Assembly: GCA_051294905.1 (NCBI GenBank)
Contig: CM119373.1
Span: 1,490,001 to 1,554,000 of the forward strand
Direction: 5' to 3'
DNA from: Botryllus schlosseri
Taxonomy: Eukaryota
Length of the DNA: 64,000 nt
The translations under genes and the position numbers were made by a program. The number at the start of each line of letters is the position of its first letter. Position 1 is the stretch's first letter. Below the pieces are notes generated by a model. It saw only the letters and a list, made by a program, of their open reading frames with translations. It was not told where the DNA came from and did not search any database. Below, one piece after another: positions 12,746 to 25,804 of this stretch.

Positions 12746-15038
12746 TGTGGAAACCCGAGGTTTCCAGAATGTTCTGTATTTGCCGTTTAGAATATTGTTG
12801 CGCGTGGTATGGCTGGAGACCGCGTGTTGAGTGGGTTGAGTGGAGAGTTGGCTGAGAGCGTGACTGAAGATGGATGCGAGTGAGTATGTCTCTGTGTTTG
12901 GTAGCGTAAAGTATTAGTAGTCTGGGGCAGCAGCGTGAAGTAGTGGTGGTATTCGGCAGTTAGGGCGTGAACTAGTAGGTAGTTGGTCTTGTATTGGCGG
13001 GCTTGAGTTGGACGTACCGGTCAGAATCTCTGCGCGGATGGTTGGTTGGGGCACGGCCTAGTCACTGACGGTGCTGCGCGAGCACCTAGGGAGTGATGTT
13101 GCCCCGTTGGTAGTCCGTACTCGCTTGTAGATGGCAAGACTGCTGCTGGGCTAGGTTTAGGCTGATGGGTATATGTGTGCTTGGGCGTGAGGCTTGTGTG
13201 GAGTTTTGTTTCAGTTTCCTGTGCAGTGTGTATCGTATAGGAGTTATAGATCGTCTGGGTTCCGTTATATGTGTCCGTGAGTATCGTTGTTATGAGTTTC
13301 TTGTGTCGTATTAATATACTCTTATAACCGCATAGACTTGTGGTGTTGTCGGTTGTGTCGAGATTGTAAGTGTCATTTTGAGCAGGCGGCAGTCGCAAAG
13401 AGACGAGGTCCCGAGCCCAGTAACACACCCGCGATCCCGTTAGTGCTACCGGTATACGCCGTAACGGGGTCGCTACAAATTTGGCGAGCACGCCAGGACC
13501 TTGTTTATCTTTGTGATTGCCGCTGCTGTGCATGTGCATGTGTATTATGTCGACTATCGAGTGCCGGTTTATCGTATGAGAGACGAAGAAATTTGAACGA
13601 ACGTTTGGAAAAGCAATTTTGTTATTGTGTCTTGCGGTGGCCGAGTGTTCAGTGTATTCGTTTATGACGTGAACAATGGGAACGAGCGTTCGTACTGGTT
13701 TGGCTACTACGAAGTACGAAGCGGAGGCCAATTATAGTGAGTGGATTGGCTGTGAAGAACTGCAACCAGCGCTTGGAGTACTTGAGCGGGACTTGAAGAT
13801 ACGACTGAGCCTGGGGTTATGTGCTGGCGGAGTGCAGTATAGCGGCGAATAGCTGAAAATAACTGGACAATTGACGTTGATTGCGGAAGCTTCAGTAAAT
13901 GTGTATGCTGGATTGCTGGATGAGCGGAGTATCGGGTCGTAACTGATAGCCCTGGCGTGGGCCGTGTCGAAGCGCAGGGTTGGCTCAGGCACTGATGGCT
14001 GATGACGGTGACAAGCTCGTCAGTGTGTGTCGGCGGCGGAGAATCGGGCGTCTCCTTCCGGGAACCTTAATTCGTTGATGGTGGGCTCGCATTCAACCGA
14101 TGGCAGCTTGGACGGGGGCCATGGCAAGCTGTGGAATGCAGTCGGAACTAGCGCGACGGACTTTGATGTCGTGGAGCAGTCTGTGAGGTGGAGCGTATTC
14201 CTGTTATTGGAAGCTGTTTGTGGACTTGGGCGTACTGTTTTGGAATTGGGCAATTAGTGATTTCGATTTTGTTTGAGAAAATCTCAATCAAAATAGGCCG
14301 GGGTAGTGTGGAAACCCGAGGTTTCCAGAATGTTCTGTATTTGCCGTTTAGAATATTGTTGCGCGTGGTATGGCTGGAGACCGCGTGTTGAGTGGGTTGA
14401 GTGGAGAGTTGGCTGAGAGCGTGACTGAAGATGGATGCGAGTGAGTATGTCTCTGTGTTTGGTAGCGTAAAGTATTAGTAGTCTGGGGCAGCAGCGTGAA
14501 GTAGTGGTGGTATTCGGCAGTTAGGGCGTGAACTAGTAGGTAGTTGGTCTTGTATTGGCGGGCTTGAGTTGGACGTACCGGTCAGAATCTCTGCGCGGAT
14601 GGTTGGTTGGGGCACGGCCTAGTCACTGACGGTGCTGCGCGAGCACCTAGGGAGTGATGTTGCCCCGTTGGTAGTCCGTACTCGCTTGTAGATGGCAAGA
14701 CTGCTGCTGGGCTAGGTTTAGGCTGATGGGTATATGTGTGCTTGGGCGTGAGGCTTGTGTGGAGTTTTGTTTCAGTTTCCTGTGCAGTGTGTATCGTATA
14801 GGAGTTATAGATCGTCTGGGTTCCGTTATATGTGTCCGTGAGTATCGTTGTTATGAGTTTCTTGTGTCGTATTAATATACTCTTATAACCGCATAGACTT
14901 GTGGTGTTGTCGGTTGTGTCGAGATTGTAAGTGTCGTTTGAGCAGGCGACAGTCGCAAAGAGACGAGGTCCCGAGCCCAGTAATACACCCCGCGATCCCG
15001 TTATTGCTACTGGCTTGCGCCGTAACGGGGTCGCTACA
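12746..15038 (+). mobile_element. Non-autonomous LTR retroelement (Ty3/Gypsy-like; TRIM/LARD-type)
   Basis: Two 732-bp TG...CA LTRs (12746-13477, 14307-15038); 4-bp TSD AAGG; PBS at 13482; purine-rich tract AAATAGGCCGGGGTAG before the 3' LTR; 829-bp interior without recognisable gag/pol. Confidence 0.95.
13482..13498 (+). promoter_or_regulatory. Primer-binding site, tRNA-Arg-like
   Basis: TGGCGAGCACGCCAGGA 4 nt after the 5' LTR; close to the reverse complement of the metazoan tRNA-Arg(ACG) 3' end (TGGCGAGCCAGCCAGGA). Confidence 0.75.
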
Positions 15039-15355
15039 AAGGTATAAAAGATTATGGATGTCACCTAGCTACTACGCTGGTTAACTTCTTTTATGAAAAT
15101 GACTTAATTTTCCCGCGGGGCATCAGATGAAGTACCTTTGATCTGTGTATTCTGGGTCTGGTGTAAACTGTTTACCACTGCTCCCGCAGCCCAAGATAAT
15201 AAGAGGATAATCGTTGGGTTATATTTTTCACCTGAAGTCACACACAATGTACAATGCGATAACACACAATACGATGTAATGAACAGATAGGAGGATGTTG
15301 AACGACACGCATGCAGTTGCGATCCTTTTAATCTAGCATACACCTCGGTCTAGAG

Positions 15356-16707
15356 CAGTGGTTCCCAACGTGGGCGATATGTCGGTCCAGGGGGCCAAAA
15401 TAGCCAAGGGGGCGATAGAGGGGCGAAAACGGACGAAGGGGGCGATAGGGGGGACGATGGCGCGTTGAAATGGCTATATTGGCGTCCATGACGGTAACTG
15501 TCACACCCAAACCTTAAATTGGGATGTGGGGCCCGAGCTCGAAGGAGGCCCACAATTTTTTCCTGAATTAACAATAATTATAGAGCATTATTTTAAAAAT
15601 TTAGGCAACTTTTTCACAAAGTTTCGCGCTGGCGCGATTCCGTATCGCATATTTCTTGCTTATCGGATACCCTTCCTCCAAGAAATAATACGCATGAGTT
15701 ATAGAAATGGGCATCTCGGCGTCAGCCATTGTCACACCATGACGCACCAAGACATACGAAGTTTCAGGCCATGTAACGATGTAATATGCGACTCCGAGAA
15801 GTGTGCCAGAACGAGAAAACCTTGGCGGAAAAGGACTGCCTTATTTATGCTGACCGACTTCGATATATATACAATATACATATATATTTAATTGTCCATA
15901 GACGCCTAAATGGCTGGCGCCAAATGGTCCTGTTCTGGCAATCAGAACCCCACAAAAATGCCATTTCGCAGAGAAAAATTAATTGCCAGTGCAGAAATGC
16001 CAATTTGAAATCGTGTGCGTCTTTTAGTCTAGTACGTATGGGCGATTTGAATATCTTTTGACATAGCAGACAGGCCACGTAATGTCATTACGTAACGAAG
16101 TCATTATACCCACGGGTCCGCCCGAATATGTTCAATTATTATTTACGGGCCCTACATTTTCCAAGACACCTCACTCAGCTTTACCGGTAAATCTGAATAC
16201 ATGAGCAGAGAGAGGACAAAAAATTGACAGCAATATATATGCAATTCCCGATCATATGGACCGAATCAATCATGAATGATAGAAATTTTTCTCGCTTTGC
16301 GCGAATCAAGTCGACTGACTAAAGAGTCCAACAATTTGTGCTGAGAAGTAGCGGTAAAGAGGTATCGGGGGAGTTTGGTCTGAGGGGTGCAGAAGTTTGC
16401 TTTATCGCCCTATGGAGGGGGGGTCAAGGCCAACTGGCCAACGTATTGGGGTGGGGGCTGACGAAGTGCTGTTACGGTCCTTTGGAATCAAGTCGGAGAA
16501 ATCATCTTTTTTGTTAGTCAGCTCACCCAAATTTAGCTGGAAAAGTGTAATTTCGAGGTCGAGCCGAAAAGTTGACCTTTTTTCTTAGTCAACTCGCCGG
16601 TGATTTCAGTCTGCATGCACATTTTTCGGTTCCCAATATTTGGGGGGCGATGATCGGTGTGGAGTTTGAAAAGGGGGCGATGAGTCGAAAACGGTTGGGA
16701 ACCACTG
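15356..16707. mobile_element. hAT-Charlie-like non-autonomous element
   Basis: TIRs CAGTGGTTCCCAAC/GTTGGGAACCACTG; TCTAGAG on both sides (imperfect TSD); interior matches ~38760-39800 in reverse. Confidence 0.85.
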
Positions 16708-16774
16708 GACTCTAGAGTGCCCGATGTCGCAGTCGATCTTGATCTCGATGAGGCCGCGGCCCTTTCTACTAGTT

Positions 16775-17025
16775 CAGTGGTTCCCAACCTTTTTCGACCC
16801 ATCGCCCCCTTTTCCAGCTCAAGACCCGATCATCGCTCCCCAAATTTTGTATACCGAAAAATGGGCATACAAACTGTAATCACCGGCGGGTTGACTAAAA
16901 AAAAAGGTCAGCCGTTTTTACGCGTCATCGCCCCATTCGCAATTTTCGCCCCCTTTGTCCATTTTCGCCCCCTTCGTCATTTTCGACCCCCTAGACCGCC
17001 AATTCGCCCACGTTGGGAACCACTG
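16775..17025. mobile_element. Short hAT-Charlie-like MITE, inverted relative of 15356-16707
   Basis: Same TIR; perfect 8-bp TSD TACTAGTT. Confidence 0.92.
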
Positions 17026-17843
17026 TACTAGTTATTTCCATTCCGTGCGAGCGCTTTCTTCCGTCGGGTCTTTTACTGGGCTTTTTTGTCGCCGTAAGAA
17101 CGGCAACGGCGGGGGAAGAGGTACCTAGATAAACCTCCGACGGGACTCGTACCGGGTCCGCCAGATTGGTGAGCGCTTATCGTTACCACTACGCTATCTC
17201 CCCCGTCCATTCGACAACTTCCTATCTTTTCATTGTCTCGCAGTGTTGTAGTCTTTTGAAATGATGGAATTGTTAATAAAAGTTCTATTATAGAACTGAC
17301 ACTGTGGTCCGGTGATAACAGATTATAATGTCATAACCATTAAAAGTTTACAGCATTATAGAAATAAAGTTGAATAAAGTACAAAACGACATGGACTAAA
17401 GTAAAATTGTGTCGTAATTCATAACTAGACGTTGAAGAATTACATTACTTGACAATAAGCTTCAACAAAGTCCAGAAAAAGATAACTTGAGAAAATTACG
17501 AGATGCGCCTGAACCGCGGTCCGCCGGTTACATTGCAAATTTTATAATAGTCCGCCGGTCCGCAGTTCCGTTCCGTCCGCCGTTTAGTATTACATGTCCC
17601 GCTGTTCCGCGGTCCGCCGTTTAGTATTGAGCTATTTTGTTATGGTCCGCTCGGTCCGCAGTTCCGCTCGGTCCGCTGTTTAGTATTACATGTTCCGATG
17701 TTCCGCGGTCCACCGTTTAGTATTGAGCTATTTTGTTATGGTCCGCTCGGTCCGCAGTTCCGCTTGGTCCGCCGTTTAGTATCGCAAGTTCCGCTAGTTC
17801 CGCAGTCCGCTCGTTCCGCCGTTTAGAGTTGCCCGTGGCAGGG

Positions 17844-18370
17844 GCTCTTATGGGCCCGCTGGTGATTCGCCGCGAAACTCGTGTTGGTGATTCGCCCTTT
17901 TGGACCCCCCCTATCGCTGGTGAGTCGCCATGTGTTCTTATGGGTGCGGTCGTGATTCGCCCTTCCAGGTATAGCTCGTGGCGGTGATTCGCCGTGAAAA
18001 CTCGTGGTGGTGATCCGCCTTTTTTGATATAGGCTGTGGCGGTGATTCGCCTGTCATGTATTCTTACGTGGTCTCTGGTGATTCGCTATGTGTTCTTATG
18101 GGTGCGACGGTGATTCGCCTGGAAACTCATGGTGGTGACTCGCCTTTTTAGACCCCCCTCTCGGCGGTGAGTCGCCATGTGTTCTTATGGGTGCGGTCGT
18201 GATTCGCACTTTCAGGTATAGGCCGTGGCGGTGATTCGCCGTGAAAACTCGTGGTGGTGATTCGCCTTTTTTGATATAGGCTGTGGCGGTGATTCGCCTG
18301 TCATGTATTCTTACGGGGTCTCTGCTGATTCACCATGTGTTCTTATGGGCGTGGCGTTGATTCGTACTTT
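17844..18370 (+). repeat. GGTGATTCGCC motif array with ~249-bp higher-order duplication
   Basis: Motif recurs every ~25-35 bp; 17860-18108 is repeated from 18109. Confidence 0.9.
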
Positions 18371-18650
18371 CGAGTATAGGCAATAGGCATCTCTCGCGCG
18401 GTGTTGAATATGTATCAGGTATGGTAAATAGTCACGTGATTGGTCCTTACTTAATGTGTATATCGCAAATTATTATATATGACCAAGTTGAAGTAATCCC
18501 AACGTTTACGGTGAGTGCGACAATGATATATCGTTATTCTTATGGACGCGGCGGTGATTCGTACTTACGGTTATAGACTGTGGGTGGTATGTCGTACTTT
18601 GAGCAAAAAAGGTGTGAAATAGTTTGCTAAATCTAGGAATCACTTCCAAG

Positions 18651-19370
18651 GTAATATTTTGGTAATTAGTTTACCACAGAGCCGGCGTAGACGGCGATTC
18701 GAATACCAATAATAGCCGCGTTCACATACTAACACTCCAAAAAGGTGTGAAATATTTGTAAAATCCTACGACCACTCACAAGATAACGCATCAGAATAGC
18801 CATCTCTCGTGGTTTGATGTTACAAAGGTAGGAATTACGCACAAGTAATATTTTGGTAATTAGTTTGCCACAGAGCCGGCGTAGACGGCGATTCGAATAC
18901 TAACAATAGCCGCGTTCACATACTAACACTCCAGAAAGGTGTGAAATATTTGTAAAATCCTACGATCACTCACAAGATAACACATCAGAATAGCCATCTC
19001 TCGCGGTTAGATGTTACAAAGGTAGGAATTACACACAAGTAATATTTTGGTAATTAGTTTGCCACAGAGCCGGCGTAGACGGCGATTCGAATACTAACAA
19101 TAGCCGCGTTCACATACTAACACTCCAGAAAGGTGTGAAATATTTGTAAAATCCTACCATCACTCACAAGATAACACATCAGAATAGCCATCTCTCGCGG
19201 TTAGATGTTACAAAGGTAGGAATTACACACAAGTAATATTTTGGTAATTAGTTTGCCACAGAGCCGGCGTAGACGGCGATTCGGATATCAACAATAGTCG
19301 CGTTCACAAACTAACACTTCAAAAATGTGTGAAATAGTTTGCAAAACCCCGCGATCGCTGACAAGATAAT
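18651..19370 (+). repeat. 194-bp tandem repeat, ~3.7 copies
   Basis: gtaatattttggtaattagttt at 18651, 18845, 19039 and 19233. Confidence 0.95.
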
Positions 19371-22074
19371 GTCTCGGGCGACATGATAACGTTACAGGTA
19401 TAGGGATCGCTCACACGGTTTCACATGAAGACGCCGTAGTTTAGTCGTGACAAATGACCGATCGTGTTCTAACTCAAGTCTTTCCTCGCTGGTGATTGAT
19501 TCCTACGTAACCTGAATAGTACGCCGACTTTCAAATCGGATTATTCGCACCTTCCATACCGCTGTTTCGCACCTACAGAATAGTCTGCTGTTCACAGTCG
19601 CGACAAGAATCACAAGTATACACATTTATACTTTGATCGAGTCACATTTCAATATTATACTTTGAAACAATCCTTGAAACTGACAACTCTATTCACGACT
19701 CCGTTTCCGTTTGTAAAATAGAGTTTCAGAAATACTATCACTATGACAACTCAACATTTTAACATCTTGCCATGCACAAAAGAGTAAAATACAAAAACCT
19801 TGGTAAGTCAATCCGTTTGTAGTAACTCACCAAACCAAAACAAAAAGTGTCAGTACGAAAAGTAGACAAGACTACGCGAGTAATCACGACAACCCACAAA
19901 CATACCAACTCAGTTGTATCCATATCCCATCTTTTTTATTCAACTGTAATATGAAGTAATTACTACTTGGCGCGCGACTTGAGATTAACATGTCTTTTGA
20001 ATATACGACATTTGAAAGTCTGACCAACGCAGTTAAGAATTCATTTCTTACGATCAAACGCCGGTGTTACATTGAAAGTTATCATACTGTAAACATAAGG
20101 ATTGACACAGTGATTTGACATATGACGTATATTTTGTAATGCTCGACCATGACTTGATTATTAAATTATTCACGGTAATTAGACTCGGTGTTTTGGTAAA
20201 GGTTATTATGACAGCAACAAACTTTTCACTACCATGGTTATTAAAACATCAATTTTGCTCGTAAGTATAGTATCCATTAGAATTTTTCCATTTCCTCTCG
20301 CCAAAGTAGATGTAATTATAGTCACTAAAGAACTTACTTGGACGTGCTTGAATTCTAGACATAGTTGTGATTTACCCGACACAAGACCCAAGGACAACCC
20401 TAGTTTCAACCGAGCACACATATCCAAAATATCACACACTTCGCTATTCCTAAAGCGCAAATACCCGATACAAAATATTACTTGTTGTGTTGTTGCGGTA
20501 TCATCTTCACAATATCACACACAATACGGATGATGGTTATGTGTAACATGCTGTCGACTTGAATCACACCAACCTGGAAGATTATTTACTCACTCTTTAC
20601 ATACCGGATATTGATCAACATCACGTCATCGGTGTGTATCGGTTTTTCTAGATACAAACTATATGTTAGTGTAGCGGAAAATAATTTAGTGTAACAAAAA
20701 CAATTTTCACTCTCTTGACTCATGAAAACAACAGACGAGTCTTCCTTCCATATTTTGTTTGTGTCAACTAGTTGCTTTGTATGATACGACCGATACCCCC
20801 GCGACTTTTTCAGATCGCAATATGAAAGATATTTACATCACACAAAATACTCCACTCGATATTCCCATACTATACTAAACCGCGGAATGATTGTCCATAC
20901 TCTACAAAATGTTTTGATATTGTTTTTACACGAATGGTTACGTATCTAAATATTCAAATAATCCAAAACGTAACTATGGTACTTACAGAAATATCATATA
21001 GTTGTTGTAACAAAGTTGTATGAATATACTATTGAATTGCATACTAAAGTTTTGTACCTTCAAGAAGCTCTTCAAAGTTGTATGTGTACAATGTTTATCG
21101 TGAGTCCTACACATTCATGATATCCGTCCGAGTTTGACTTTTAGAAAATATTATCACTTATTATGTCGACATACTGATGTCTTTCAAAAACCAAACCGTG
21201 GTCACTGCTTGGGAGACCTATCAATGTCATGACAGTAATCTAGTTACTTCCACCAAAGAGTATGTATTCGACTTACGTTCCACAAATCTAACGCACAAAA
21301 CAATTTACTTTACTAACGAGAAGCGCCGAGCCTCACATCAAAACAACTAGAAGGTGGAACTATATTAAAAACGTCGCTAACCTTTGTGCACCAGCTGTAA
21401 ATCACACAAGCAACAAGTTTCAGGATTCTGGTTATTGAAGAAACGTTAAAGTGTTTCTCCTGCGCCAAGTCGTTATGTTGACGAAAGCGTATATTGTAAT
21501 ATCACGATCGATTTGCATTCGTTGGTCGCAAACTGTCACTACTCCAAATAATTATTTTTCACTCAAACACAAAAGCATACTTGTCACCAATCGTTTTCAT
21601 CAAGCACGAGTTCAAGAAAGTTACTTGCTACGACATGAATTCCGATTTAGTTTTGCAAATATTTTATAATTATTTTTAGTAACACTATATCAATGTCATC
21701 GAGTTGAGTGTTTACGATATTAGTGTGTATCTGTTTGTGTGTCATACTTGGGGGATCCGTATTACAATTGATTCGAATTGACTAAATGCAAGAAGGGTTG
21801 AAATGTTTCGAATCGATTCATAAGTGGTCTTCGTTGTGCTTTTTATCGGGACATACAGCACGAACTAACTGTAGACTCTTCTCTGTTGTACAGCTACTCG
21901 GTAATCGAGATACTTGCGGTCATATTTAAACAACGATCTTGTTTAGTCACACCAAAAATATGTTCACTGTCGCGATACTCTGCACAAGACGTGCAAATCC
22001 TTTTCACACTCGTAATAGTATACCAACGTCAAGCGATAACGTTTAACAATACCAACGACACTAAACATACGTTA

Positions 22075-22600
22075 CCTACCCAAGTAAAATTACCATTTTC
22101 ACCTGGAGGTCAGCCGTTACCACAGTAAAAACACCATTGTCCTTTGGAGATTTATCGTTTACTCAGAGTAACAATACATTTTCACTTAGGGGTCTATCGT
22201 TTCCTAGAGTAACAAACCCCTTTTCCTTTGGAAATCTATTTTTTCCCTGGGTAACAAACCTTTTTCACTTGGAAATCTATTTTTTGCCTGGGTAACAAAC
22301 CTTTTTCACTTGGAAATATATTTTTTCCCTGAGCAACAAACCATTTTGACTTGGTGGTCCGTCGTTTACCTGAGTAAAAATATCATTTTCCTTTGGAGAT
22401 CTGGCGTTTACCCAGTGTAACAATACATTTTCACTTGGAAAAATACTTTTACCTAGAGTAACTAATCATTTTCTTTTAGAAATATATTTTCTCCCTGGGT
22501 AACAAACCGTTTTCGTTTGGAAAACTATCATTTACCTGAGTACCAATACCGTTTTCACTTGGAAATCTATCTTTTCCCTGGGTAAAATACCATTTTCGTT
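22075..22600 (+). repeat. 41-bp minisatellite, ~13 diverged copies
   Basis: Unit like gtaacaaacctttttcacttggaaatctattttttccctgg at 22251, 22292, 22333. Confidence 0.9.
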
Positions 22601-24099
22601 TTGAAAACTGACAACCACACCGGACTATTTGATATTTTTGTATATTGTTACAACGGGCAGCGACAAAATATACACCAACAACGACTCCAATACATTTGTG
22701 TAATCGCATATTCACTTGTTCTGGTGCATCCCATCTAAATCCTCAGTTACCCACATGCAATGTGATTTTTACCTAAAAAATCAGAATAGTGACATTTTTA
22801 GCGTGAAAATCTTAATTTTGACCAAATTTCGACCTAACTTATGCAAATTAGGTGTTTTACCACATAATGTTGGAATTGTACTACCTATCTTCACTTCTGG
22901 TTGGATCTGTCCGTTCTTTCGAAGTGGTTTGGCCTGAAAAAAACTATTTGACTCCACAGGATAATAACCCATGCTAGAAATCTAGCCGCCAAGGCCGACT
23001 GAGTGAGAAAAATCAATTTAGTGTTTGATGTTTGACTCAAATGTACTCGGGGGCCAATTTCCTAGTTTTCTATCACCCCGCATGCCACAACGTCAATATG
23101 GGTATTCAATGTATTTTTAAGTAGATCATATTTGACGAAGTGAAATTGTCCGATTGAAGGTTAACTGAAATAGCAGACTGAGATGAGTGAAATTGTGATT
23201 TACTACTTATTTTAGCAATTTACGCGTGGCACGATTAAAAACAACATTTATAAATATTTGACTAAAATTTTCGTTGTACTAGGCAGGTAGTACGCATCAT
23301 TTGGCGAAATTATGAGAAACAGTTACCATAGCCTAATCTAGGTTCAGGGCACACTATTGATAAGAATAAGCTATTGATCATGACATTGCAAAAGTCAAAA
23401 TAAAACAACGTTGGATTTAACTTCACTGGTGTTGCAGCGGTTGAGCGTGCCGCTACAGTATTCGCCATCTTAAATCGGCGATAAAGCTATGGATATATGG
23501 ATCAAAGATGCAACTGACTACACATTAAGGGGGCAACATAATGCTTGCGTTGATAGCGATATACTATGCCAATAGCTTATCATCTAATACGATCCCCTGG
23601 ACACGCGAATAATATATATAACCATGTCACGACGTTTCGAGTAACTCGGAGTCAACTCGAGTCATTTTCATCTTCTCACCGAGTCATCCCGAGTAGTTGT
23701 GCAAAAGGTCGCGTCCAACTCCAAGTCACAATCTTCAGTCTCGAATCATAAACGATTAATGCATTATCATCATGATATGGCTATTCCATGTAGTCACAGA
23801 TCTTCCACCGCATGGTAGCGTTTGAAATTGATGCCATATCGCGAATTCTGATCAGTAGTATTGAGTTTTTTGGGCAAATTTAAAGTGAATGATAACTTTT
23901 CAAATCTGACAAGAAGAAATGTTGCACTTAACTTCTGCCAAATAGTGCAAGTATAGCCTACTTGGATATCCAAACCTTTGACGTAGCTGCGAAAAATGTC
24001 CTCGCGGGCCGCGTGTTTGGGACCCAGCCTTAGAGCTTTGTCGAACAATAACAGAGAAATCTAGCGTGCACGCAGTGCGGCATGATGCTTATTCTTCGC

Positions 24100-25472
24100 G
24101 TCGGGTTTTCAAGGTTGCTGATTACGAATATCACATTTGTTTTACCAAATTGACTCTGGAAAATAAGATATTTATACCCCTAAAAAAGCTTCAAAACACT
24201 GTATTTACTCTTGAATATTTCACTTGGTAGGACGTTATTGTCAGATTTTTTATTTTTCTACTGCGAAAAAATAGATAAATGACTATGATGAACATTCATG
24301 TCATTCTCAGTTATTCCATCAATATTACCATGACCTGATGCGAAAACTTTGTTTGTTAAAAAATAGTTTGTCAAGCCTAAAAAATGTACTTTTGCGCAAT
24401 GGTAGGCTAATATATTTTCTCCTGTACCGATCGGTCATTCTACCAAGATTAAGGAGGAGTATAAAGCTATCAAGTTTGTCTCGGGAAAGCTTTACTAAAA
24501 TACTCATATGCGTCCCATCTCTTTTCACTTGTAAATATATAATTTTCCATGAAGTCAACAAATTGGGTATACCCCGTATCAATATCAAATGAGAAGCTCA
24601 AATACGGAATATTTGATGGATTTCATATTCGAATACGGACTAAGGATTATAATTTATTGTTAACAAAGGTGCTCTCTGCATGAATCCATTCTATGATGTG
24701 CATCTAAAACTTTATGGAAGATCACAAAGCACCCAACTGCAAACAGTTAGTCCTAGAATTGGTATTGCAGATGGAAACCTTGGAGCAAACATGAGCATTA
24801 AATTTCACTTCCTGCTCAGTCATCTTGATATTCTTTCTGTTATTATTGTTCATTGGAGGGAATAGAAAATGGAAGGTTCCACCAATAACAATAGAACGAT
24901 ATCAGTGCAGATGCGACGAGCATATTATAACAGGCAATTGTAAGAACCTTTCGAAATACTGCACTAAATTGCTTACAACCGAAAATATAGTACAATAACC
25001 AATTTTGCTTCAGGTTAAGTTATTAATATTATACTCCAACTGATTATTTTGAATTTAAAATAGGTGGTTGACATGAAACTGATACAATTAATGCAACGTT
25101 ATTTGAGTATTTAGGTAAATACTTATATACAAGATTAAAGTTTATTAATGTACATGATATACGCGAAAGTCTCCAATTAAGATTAATCTACTACCTCGAA
25201 ATATAATTCTGTTGCTGTATTTTAATTTAAAACAGTCTTCAGCGTATCTAAATAATTAGATTTAATTTCTGAACTTTATAGTGCGACCGAGCTGATTTTT
25301 TTTATCTAGCCCATACAACGAAAATATGAGATTTCAGTCAAAATAGCCCCATGGATCATCTCCAAAAATAGAGGCAATTTGAAAAAACTATGGTCATATT
25401 CGGAATCAGTGCTCCTCAGAACCCTCAAATCCACTCTTATTTTCTATGCCTAAAAATATGTGTTAACCAGTG
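24100..25472 (+). mobile_element. Decayed Chapaev3 (CMC) transposon, right end retained
   Basis: Remnant NLGANMSIKFHFLLSHLD followed by RFHQ-like and RYQ-like scraps, typical of Chapaev transposases; right end GTTAACCAGTG followed by TAA. Confidence 0.8.
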
Positions 25473-25804
25473 TAATCAAACCAAACCGATATTTGATAAA
25501 ATCAGATGAATAGTATATAATTGAAATCCGAAGCGAACGTGTTTTATGATAACGCATTATATACAATATACATTACTAACTCACACAGATATATGGAACA
25601 TTCGGATGATAGGTGCAAAACGTCCGCTTGCACGTAAATACCATACTAATAGCGAAAAGAGTGTGCATTCCTACCCGTATACCACCCTTACTGCACCGGT
25701 ATGAATATACGCTCATGGCGCACGGATCCTGAACCTTTCTCAGACTTACACCGCGGCATATATTGAGTACAAAATTTTATGGAAATTACATATGCACTCT
25801 TCAG

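Larger units (their letters stand above)
10038..17834. mobile_element. Non-autonomous foldback/Mutator-like element (MULE) with nested insertions
   Basis: Perfect 9-bp TSD GTGGCAGGG (10029-10037, 17835-17843); TIRs GGGCAACTCTAAACGGCGGA extended to ~330 bp by tandem ACTAAACGGCGGA/GCGGAAC repeats; no transposase seen. Confidence 0.92.
10004..22600 (+). mobile_element. Possible truncated Polinton/Maverick-like element, interrupted by the MULE at 10038-17834
   Basis: Starts AGTAGTTATTAT where block-W homology stops; resumes at 17844 with subterminal repeat arrays, then unique sequence. No right TIR and no recognisable hallmark gene. Confidence 0.4.

Noticed and set aside
13021..13731. Longest ORF (236 aa, minus strand) and its twin at 14582-15064
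   Set aside because: Antisense across LTR sequence; the Thr/His/Pro bias reflects G/T strand skew; no domain recognised.
21310..21390. Polinton core-protein-like KRR...GG motif
   Set aside because: Requires a frameshift and is too short to support.
17844..22600. CRISPR-like regularly spaced motifs
   Set aside because: Spacers are themselves repeated, there are no cas genes, and the context is eukaryotic.
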